The position numbers were made by a program, and so were the translations under genes. From assembly GCA_000708835.1 (NCBI GenBank), contig DF237425.1, positions 4,322 through 68,321 on the forward strand: a DNA stretch of 64,000 nt, written 5' to 3'. Position 1 is the first letter of the stretch, and every line of letters begins with the position of its first letter. The notes under the pieces were generated by a model. That model ran no database searches, had not been told where the DNA came from, and worked only from the letters and a program-made list of their open reading frames with translations. This DNA comes from Klebsormidium nitens (lineage: Eukaryota; Plantae; Klebsormidiophyceae). This document shows, piece by piece, positions 1 through 9,700 of the stretch.

Positions 1-1382
1 TGAAGGAAGAGACTTTGGTGGTAGATGCCTGCCACGCTCGAGCTACAAGAGCAAAAGTGCTGCGAACATGGCGTGTCAAGCGACTAGGTCGCGTTCTTTC
101 AGGGCGTCTGGTTGCGAAAGGCGCATAGGGGCGCAATATGATATGACGCAGAGCTGGGGTACGATACAAGAATATAAGGAGGTATAGTAAGAGCAGATGT
201 GTATATAGAACGCGAAGGGAGTATCGACGCAATCGTCTAGTAGAGTACTTTAGGCGATGTACAGTACGTTGACGGTGGCACGCTCGCGGCCAGCGGTAGT
301 AGGGAAGATGCAGATATGTGAGAAGTAGTGTAGTTATTGATTGCGCAGACATTAGGAAAGTGCTAAGCATTAGCAAGACTACATAGCATGCAAGGATATA
401 GGGGCATGGCGTAAGAGCCGGAAAAACGGCAAGTGGTCCATAGACGTTGCATAGAAGGAGTGGCAAGCATAATGTGTGTTTAGGCTGCAGCGGATATGTA
501 TAACAAGAGGGAGCTGAGCTACGAAGTTTGAAAAAAGGATCGAGAGATTTCAGTGAGCCGCCTCTGTGAGCGACATCCAGAATTGTGGAGATTTGAAGAG
601 GTTGCAAAGTACGCAAGTTATCAATGGAAACAAAATGCAGGGACGGGTGGGCGGCTACGGTGGAATCTGCAGGGTGGGGAATGACGGATGAGCTGAAAGT
701 ACGAAAAGCAAGTTGGAAGCCGAGGGACAATGAATACGTGGGGAAGTTGCAAGACTGATGATAGTATAGGTGGGGAAGAGCAGTAGAGAGCAGTTCGAAG
801 GAAGGGAAAGGAGAAGAATCAGAGCATGCAACGGACGTACGTACCAATGAAAAGTGAGGTCCACCGCCAGCCAGGCAAAACCAACGAGCGAAGTGTGATC
901 TATAAAGTCCTAGCATCCAGCGACTGGATGGGGTAGCGGCTACAGCAGAACCTGCAAAGCGCAAAAATGATGCCATCATTGCTGGTCGCCATGCATCCGC
1001 AGATCTAGCGCATGCACCTTCAGCTTTCAGGCTTCGCTCTAGAGGCGACCGGTGGCGTTTTGGCAGTATATCCGGAAAGCATAGGTGCTAAATAAAGGGA
1101 TATTACGGAGCGAATACTTTCAGCAATTTTTGATTCACCGGGCTTGCTTACGGTAGTTTCTGGCTGCAGACGGTCGGTGAGGAAGCATCCGGCCTCATTT
1201 CCAACACTCTCTGAGTTCATATGAGAAGGCAAGAAACCAATACGTGCGTGAAAATCCGCGATGATCCCCGCTGCGTAACTCTGAGCGCGCGCACGCCCGC
1301 TTCTTCATAGCTTCTTGAGTCTTCAGAAAAGTCACGTGAACACTTGCTGAGGGATCCCTCCAAGTCTGCGCTGATATGACGG

Positions 1383-1603
1383 CAGTGTTCGACACGAGCC
1401 GTCACACCAAGCCGACGGAATTGTCCCTCGGCCGAATGAACCGAGGGGCGTCGGCCGAAAAGCCGACAGAACCGGGGTCTTTCTGGGTCTTTCTGAGTTG
1501 TTTGAGTGAGAGAAGCCGACCGGTTCAAGTCCCCAGCCGACTGACCGGAGAACAGTCGGCCCGGGAGCGGACGAAATCAAAACTCCGTGTCGATCGAACG
1601 CTG
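1383..1603. mobile_element. 221-bp MITE-like non-autonomous DNA transposon (family A, copy 1)
   Basis: Left end CAGTGTTCGA (1383-1392); right end reverse-complemented is CAGCGTTCGA (1594-1603). Direct repeat GACGG flanks both sides (1378-1382, 1604-1608). Subterminal GCCGAC/GTCGGC motifs are repeated. A related copy lies at 18887-19121. Confidence 0.75.
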
Positions 1604-2711
1604 GACGGCACACCTTCCGCACGAGTCAGCACTGAAGGCCATGCATATGGCGCTCGATCAAGTTGACGCTGAAATTTGAATGTGCAAGATTGCCGCGTGA
1701 CTGACGCCGCCGACAAGGAAATGACAGTGACGCCGCCCGACGGACAAGGAGATGATCCGCATTCCAGTTTCTTGAACAAGTGCTGACATCATGAGACAAC
1801 GCAATCTGCTGCACGGCTCAAGGCCGGTGGCATGACGAGCAGGACGCCTCTAGTCTGCATAAATGATAAACAGCGGATGGCTTTGCTGGCTGGGACTGCT
1901 TTTGGTCGCAGGAGCTGTTGTGCTATCGAAGTTCTACAACTGAGAAATGCAATGTATCTGCAGACCTTACTTGCTTGAACCCACTGGCAATTATCCGTTG
2001 AGGTTGAGTGAAACTTATCCTGCCAAACACCGAGCTTACTCATCACGGAACCGCTGAGAATCAACACATAGTAGTTTTGGCTATTTGCGTAAGAAAGCCC
2101 GCGGGCAAAGCTGTGATTCTCAAGTAAGCGCCAGGTTCAAGAAGTGCGATTGCGCAGCATTCCTTTGAGCCAAGAAAGGCACCAAGAAGCGCTGCTCAGC
2201 CGTTGACGGATAGTGGTAAGGAGACAATCTCTACACTCTTGTTATGAATCAGCGCATGACATCTTTATACCTTTCAGCTCAACGAGAACCAGATTGAAGA
2301 TTGAGAATTGGCTGTTGGCAACCTGAAACAGACCTTTGATGTTCTTGCAACCTTCTGTTCATGATTTCTGATTGATCGCTGCAATGTCCATTTCCAACTT
2401 CAGATTGGGGCCTCTTTGTCCTTGAAAGTGGTCCTCAGGCCTGAGCTGAATCCAAGTTTCTGCAAGCAGAACACTGCACATATTGAAGTGGAATGTCTGA
2501 GCAATGTTATGTACTCATCGTTCTTGTCGCCACTTTGCCGAATTTTCAAGCCATTGTGGGCCATGCCCTGAGTGGCTTTTCAATCGAGCAGACTGTTATG
2601 ATCCGACCAGTGCCGTAAAGTAAACACCTTTTGGGAACTAGATCAGGGCAGTTGTCCACTTGACGCAATGTGCCGAGAATCTTTCATCAAGAAACATGTG
2701 TGAATGACTTC

Positions 2712-3202
2712 TAATAAAGAATCTGGTTTTAGCTCAGTGAACAAGAGATACACCCGTGGCGATCGGCATTCCTAAGGAGTCTTTTCAATGTATCTGTTTT
2801 GGGGGCTATTCTTGTACTTTGCAAGCCCATCAGCGCGATTGTGTATCTAAGACAACAGAACCCACGCAATATTGCCTGGAGTTTCTTGCCCGGCTGCTTT
2901 CGCATGATTCAGGCGTCCTTTCATTCTTTTTACAGAATGTGGCACTGATGGGTATCCCGATAAAGAATCTAGTTTAGGCACAGTGAAAAAGAGATACACC
3001 CACAGCGACTCGGCATTCCAGGGTGTTTCAAGCCTTGTCAAAGTATCTGTCTCCGGGGCTCTACTTGCAATCTTGGAAGCCCATCAGTGCAACCGCATAT
3101 CAGAAACAACAAAACCCATGCAATATTGCTTAACATTTCTTGCCCGGCTGGTTTTGTTTGGTCCAGGCGTCTTTTCTTTCAAACAAAATGTGGCACTGAT
3201 GT
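2712..3202. repeat. Two-copy degenerate tandem duplication, unit about 247 bp
   Basis: ATAAAGAATCT..CAGTGAA..AGAGATACACCC..TCGGCATTCC..AAGCCCATCAG..CAATATTGC..TTTCTTGCCCGGCTG..CAGGCGTC..AATGTGGCACTGATG occurs from about 2712 and again from about 2960. Confidence 0.85.
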
Positions 3203-3797
3203 GAAGACTCCACAATCTCTGATAAAAATCAGAGGCTGCCAGGGCATGTTGAGGTGTTTCCCTAGTTCCAAGCTTTAGAGGTCTGTCTCCTTCCTTTCTG
3301 TCAAATCTGACGGCAAGCCTTCACCTGTTGCCTTCATACATACTTCAAAGACAGAAGAGGGGAGTGGGTAAGCGAAAGATGTCATCAGATGTTTCGGAGG
3401 ATTAGACCGAGTGTACTACGATAGACTCTTTTTTGCCCCCTCAAATGCAAGGATACTCATCAAAAGCAGGATCATACATTGGCGGCACAAGAGCATCGTT
3501 TTGGTCAGTCGTCTCAGGCCCCAGTTTTTAAAGCAACTTAGCGACTCACAACCAAGTACTGAGCCCAGAAATGGGGCCCTGCTTTTAGGATCCTTTGCTG
3601 ATCTCGGATACACGTATCAAGCAATACAATTTCAGCAGCCTCAAGCTACCACGATTCTTTACTTGATGAAGAAACCCTTCCTCAAAAAAAACTTATTACC
3701 TGCTGCAGCGGGGATCCATGATTTTGCCCATTCTCCCCTGCAGGATTTGGAACTTGACACCGCATCTTCGTGCCAGTCTGCGCTGCAGAGATCCCCA

Positions 3798-6700
3798 ATG
3801 GATGTGGTGATCATCGGGGCGGGCCCCTCAGGCCTTCTCCTGGCGCATTATCTGCTGGAGAAGGGGGCCGGGCGTTTCAGGATTTCTCTAAACGATGCTA
3901 GAGAAGATCCCCGCATCACTATCAAGAGGCCTCCCACTGCCCGAAGGTGGGTTTGCGTGCGACTTGCTCTCATCTGGGCTGACTGTGAGTCGGGTTTTGA
4001 AAAGCGTCTGATCACTTCAAGAAGTTGGGGGATCGGGCCATTAATTACATGTTGGACACACGTATAATTGGCAAATAATACAGATGAATGTTGCAGGGTT
4101 CAGGAAAGGCCGGCGCCTTCTTTGTGCAGAAAAGTATACTTGGTTCTTTGTGCCTCGTTGTGCTGCTAAACCTTGCGTTGCTCCAACTGGCTGGGAACTT
4201 TGCATTTACGGAGTTGCTTTGTGAAACGGCCAGCAATCAGTGCTTTCATCATCTTCTTCTTGACCTCAAGCTTTGGGCACGTTGTAAATCTGGGGTTCAG
4301 AGGCTTAAAAGCAACGGGGAGCCTTTCTTTCGCATTCTTGCTACCAGTGTTCCAATTCGGTTGCAAGACAACATCTTCACGAGAGTTTCGGGACGAAAGA
4401 CCAACTCCGGTGCATATCGCCTTGTCGGATTTGCTTTTAATGCATTTAGCGGCGGCTAGGAAGATCTTTACGCGTCTCAAAAGGTGACCTAGCAGCAAGG
4501 ATCGGGACAGGGAACGTAAGCGGTCAGTTCGACTGAGAAGGGTTTGAAGGCACCCCCTTCTTCCTTCTTCCAGCAAGGCTGCCGGCAGATATAAGAGACG
4601 GCTAATGGTAAGAGGGCTCCGATTGAGCAGTGGCAACAGGCAAACATGAGAAGCAGTTTTGCGCGGACATTCCAAAGAAAGTGCCAAAGCAAATAAATGA
4701 GCCATTTTTTTGTGCAGATACTCCATTGGAATCTCGATGCGAGGCCGCATGGCATTGAAGGGCGTCGATGGGCTCTGGGAAGCTATCAAGGTGTGTCCTC
4801 CGCTTCTCTCTGGAAAATTTCTTGCAGACTCCGGAGGCGATCCGCATTTCCTAGTTTTCCTGTCTTCCTGTATGTTCCTTCACGCTTTGGGTATACTTTC
4901 GTCTCGGACCTCATCTGCCCCTTCTTACTCAAGTGTTTCTGGTTTGAAGCACCCGTTGAATGAGCCAAAAATCTCCTGAACATACTTCCACAGCCAACGG
5001 CCTCATTTTCAAGAGCTCCGGACAACCCCTTAAACGATCGACAGGAGCTAAGATCGCCTCTGATCCAGGCACGAGTTGTGAACATTGGCCCACTCAGTGC
5101 TCTTTCTGGTCGCACTATCTGGAAAGACCTTTCTTGGGAAAGCCGTGCGGTGGAACTCGCCCATATGAACATTTTCGTGACAGGTTGCATGATCGTAACG
5201 CCTCCTTCAGGCCTCTCAAACGAAGGTTTTTATATCAAAACTGATCCAACTATCGAACACATCTAAAAAGTTGATCATCATGGTTACTCAGAAGAGTTCA
5301 CGATACATTTACAGGCTCGTGGCGTTCAGATCGACCACATGAAGATCTACGTGCTGGCCTCCTTGGCGCCTCTCAAACGAGCGTTCTCATACCAAACCTG
5401 ATTCGGCAATCGAACACGGTTACAAAGCCGACTATGATGTTTATTCAGAAGATTCCATCATTCATTTGCAGGCTCGTGGCTTGGAGATCGACCACATGAA
5501 CATCTTCGTAACTGGTCGCATCAGCGACTTGTTCCTTGAGCCTTTTCATTAGTAAGCCTTATCTCTATTAGCACGGCCGTCAAACCCACATACTAAAGCT
5601 TCAGATTCGCAAAAAGCAGAGGAACATAACGAACTTCTTACAGGCTCGTGGCGTGGAAATCGACCATATGAATATCTTCGTAATGGGTCGCATGATCGAG
5701 CGGCCCCCCGCCAACAAGGGCGGCCAGCCGGTGATGACGGACCGCACCTCGCTGTGCGCGGCCATGCTAGAGCTTCTCGTGCAAAGGTGCATTCTTTTGC
5801 CTGTGACTGGGAATCTTTAGACTTCCCAATCTGGAAGATTTGGAAGTGCTCTCCGGGAGCACCGTCTTAGCAGCTCTTGTTCTGTTTTCAGGCCATGCTA
5901 GTCTTCTTCTTTTCAGGCGATTTCAGGCTACGAATCAACAAAAGTCTTGGGATTTCCTCTATCTTGCCGCATGTGAGATAGTACGGTGCTCTGAACCGTT
6001 TAGACGCTTCCAATGCGCGGCCGCGCTAAAGCTTTCCTGTCGTCACCCGCTTCAGCACCTCCCTTTTCAACTTCCTGTTTGTTTGTGATGGTGACCAAGT
6101 AAGTGAGTCTCACCACCCTTCAAGACTGGAGCCTTTTGTCAGAGTCCATGACTGCGCTTCTGGGGGATGGGTCTTCCTGCTCTCGCTGCACCGTTTGGAT
6201 GAGAAGGAGGCACACACCGGTTGCAATATGCGTCCAACATTAAAAAGGAGGAAAGACCGCAACAAAGAGAGAACCCAACAACTTCAGCAAACCTGTTTTC
6301 TTGTTATAGGCACCGCAAGTCCGTCCTCCTTTACCTCGACTTCCTCCATAAGTGCACCGGCGTTGACTTTGATGAGCTCACCGTCGCCTTCTCGAACACT
6401 AGGATGCCCCGGCCGCAAACGGGCTCCGTTTCTCCAGCGATAACCAGCCAACTACTAGAAGCTGAACTTTTCATTTGTCTCTTGTACAGGCACGGCAAAT
6501 CCGGTCTCCTGTCTCTACACTTCCTCCATAAGTGTACCGGCGTTGACCTTGATAAGCGCATCGTCACCTTTTCGGACGTCCAAGAACACGAGGATATCCA
6601 CAATGGGGGGCTCAAAATGCCCGGTAATAAGGCCCCCGAGAAGCCGTCCCAGTCTGTGGCTACTTACGACTTGCTGGTCGGGGCGGACGGCGTGCGGTCG

Positions 6701-9700
6701 GTAGTGCGAGCGGCGTTCATGCAGCATCTGAGGAGGTGGGTCAAGGGACTCCTTATTACTTCTTTCAGGAAAATGTGGGACGGAAAAGCTTGCCAGGGTT
6801 GGTGACGACTTGCCTTTCAGTTTTGCTAGTCTAATTAGAAAGCAAAGACTCGGATATGCTCACGTCTTCAACTGTCAGATGACAAGGCTGGTCGATATCA
6901 GTTGACTGTGCGTTGCCGGGATGACTCGCTGCCGACATACGGTCAATGCGCCCGACCCTAAGTATTTAACCTGACGTCTTTATAAGCTCGAACGCTGCGC
7001 CTAATGACCGAGACCTTAAGTCTAAGCAATCTGCGCTCTTCCCCGACCTTGGCTTGTGACTACAAAGCTGGGCAATCTTGGCTCCGTAGTGACAACCCGC
7101 CAGCATTTCTCGACGCCCGCGGCCCCGTTGGGAAGCTCGAATGTTAACAGCCTGGAGCCCTGAAGCCAAACCCTGAGATTGTGGATAGCTTGAGATAGTC
7201 CTTTGCGCAGTTTCGACTACTGAGCAGCGCGCTCTTGGCTCCATTTCGATTGCCTTGTCGATGCCTACGAGTCCCTCAGAACCTTGGAACCATCAAAAGG
7301 CTGGAGTCACGAACTTTGATGACCAGAAGCGTGTTCTCTCAAACAACCTCCTAGGGCTTTTTCTGTCGATATCGTCGACGGTTGCGCGGTCTTATCTTTA
7401 TTGTCCTCGCCATCTGATACGCACAGATGCATATAATTCTAAGAATTCCGAACCTCTGCAACGTTTGATCCAAAGCCGTGAAGTCCTCGCACTTCGATTA
7501 TGAGCCGCGCGGTCTTGGCACCGAGGTCATCTACCCCAGATTCTACCGATTCCACCCGTGCTTGCAATCCCTTCGCATCCCGAGAATTTTGACTCCATGC
7601 ATTCCAAAATCAGTGGGTTCAAACCCTCAACAATCCAAGCCTGTTTCTGAACAGTACTATCCCCATGCAGTTTCGACTACGAGCAGCGCGATCTTGGCTC
7701 CGAGTTGATCATCGCCAACATTCCGCCCATGCCGGCCGTTCCGCGGGACGTGGTCGTCATGATCGGCGGAAAGAAGGGCGGCCTCGGCGGACTCATGCTC
7801 CCCAGCGCGCTCTCGTAAGTCGTCTTCTCGCAGAAGTGTGGAAAAGATGTGCTTTTTTTAGTCAAGCGGTCTGAGAGAGTTTTGGTTTTGAAGTAAATGC
7901 ATCTTCTGAAGAGAGCAGTCTGCAACGAGGCAGGTCGGCTCCTCTGCAAGATTTCTGTGAGGTTAAGAGATGGGAATTGGGTGCACAGCTAACCAGACAA
8001 TTAACCCGGGTCCCAAAATGGAAGTTTCCGTGCTCCCCTGCTAGAGAGGAAGGCCGGAAGTCGTACCTCCCTCAAAGGCGGGCGGGTCTCCGACGGTCCG
8101 GTTAGCGGTGACCATCCTCGAAACCCAGGCTTGGCAATCTCTACAGCAGTCCTTTCGTCTCTGGTTTTGAAGCGCCGTCAGGAAATTCAAGGGCGGCTTC
8201 GGCGAACCCACGTCTTCGAGCGCCCGCGCGCCGTTCTTCTTTCAGATCTGACTCCTCGCTTTCTCAAGGCTTGCGTAGATTTACTCTCCAAGTTTTGAGT
8301 CTGCGCCTGAGTTCCTTGCTTCTTACAATATTCTTATTCAGTCCGCTTCGAATGGGATTTTGGGGCGGTTTCTGCACCGGAGGTATAACGTCGTGGGTTC
8401 GCGAAGCCATCCCTGAGATTCAGGTTTCCATAACCAACAAGGACACAATCGCTTGAAACCCCTAGATCTGAGAATGCTACAAAGCAATTTATGCGACGCA
8501 GGCCCTGACATGTCACTCCTTCCCTCATTTCGGAATCTCATTGCAGCTTCATTCGACAGTGGCGGCTGGACCCTTCATCCTCTACCACCAATAATGTGTT
8601 CCTTCTCGAAATTTTGGTTTCTTAACGTGCTTTGAAACAAACTCGATTCTTTTCAAAATAAACGAAAGTTTTTTGATCCCTTAAGAGACCGTCTTGGAAT
8701 GCTTCGGACCCTGAAAGTCAGAAACTCTCAAAACGCCCAAAGGCAAGCCCGACGGCAAGACCTCGATCCGCATGATCTCAAGTCGCAGGACGTCGCTTGA
8801 CCCGCAACTCTTTTCGCCTTCAGAAATGCGCAGTCGCTCGTTTCCAAAACCCTAAACTCTAAATCCTCAACGCTAAGATCTTAAAACCCAAAAACCCCCC
8901 CAAATGCAGGCCCCACGGCAAGACGTCGGCGGACGGCGCGTGGCCGGCAGAGTGGTTCGCCCAGAAAGCGTACACTTTTCTGACCCCAAGCTGTCAAACC
9001 CTATCTTATTAAATTTCAAGGTCCAAATGCAGCCCCGGCGGCGAGACGTCGATGTGCCTGATCCTCTAGTGCCATGAGGGCGGGCAGCCGGCAGAGAGAT
9101 TCAGTCAAAAAGCGTGCAATCGGCTGACCCGAAATTTCCAAACCCAGAGTTCCTAAGAATCTCGAAGCTCGAAATGCAGGCCCGACGGCGATGTGCCTGA
9201 TCCTCAAGTGGTCGGACGGTGCGAGGCCAGCGGAATCATTCGCCGAAAAGCGTGCAACTTCTTAACCCGGAATCCAGATAATGCAAAACCCGAACATTTC
9301 AAAACCTCAAAACCCTGAACGCAGGCCCGACGGCGAGACGTCGATGTGCCTGATCCTCATGTGGGCGGACGGCGCTCGACCCGCATGTCAACCAGAGAAT
9401 GCCCAAAAACCTTGACCCTAAAGACCCTGAACCCTAATTCTAAATCCAAAAACTTCGAATGCAGGCCCGATGGCGAGACGTCGATGTGCCTAATCCTCAA
9501 GTGGGCGGACGGTGCGAGGCCGGCAGAGTGGTTCGCCCAAAAGAGCGCCGCGGATGCCAAGCGCTTTCTCGAACGGACATTTCCCTGGCTCCAGATCCCC
9601 GAGGAGGCGGCCGGAAGCCTGCTCACACAACGGCCGTCGAAGAGCATGCAGGTGGGTTCGCGATTAACGAGCTCCGATTTCGATGCTTTTGTAGTTTAGT

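Noticed and set aside
1521-1535. GGTTCAAGTCC B-box/T-loop match suggesting a tRNA or SINE
   Set aside because: No A-box or cloverleaf, the motif is absent from the second copy of the element, and the element has TIRs.
4166-4789. 207-aa minus-strand ORF in monooxygenase intron 1
   Set aside because: It overlaps exon 2 antisense and shows no recognisable domain.
8740-9545. Repeat-spacer appearance of the exon-6 array as a CRISPR array
   Set aside because: Units are degenerate copies of a coding exon with splice sites, the spacers are related to each other, the DNA is eukaryotic, and there are no cas genes.
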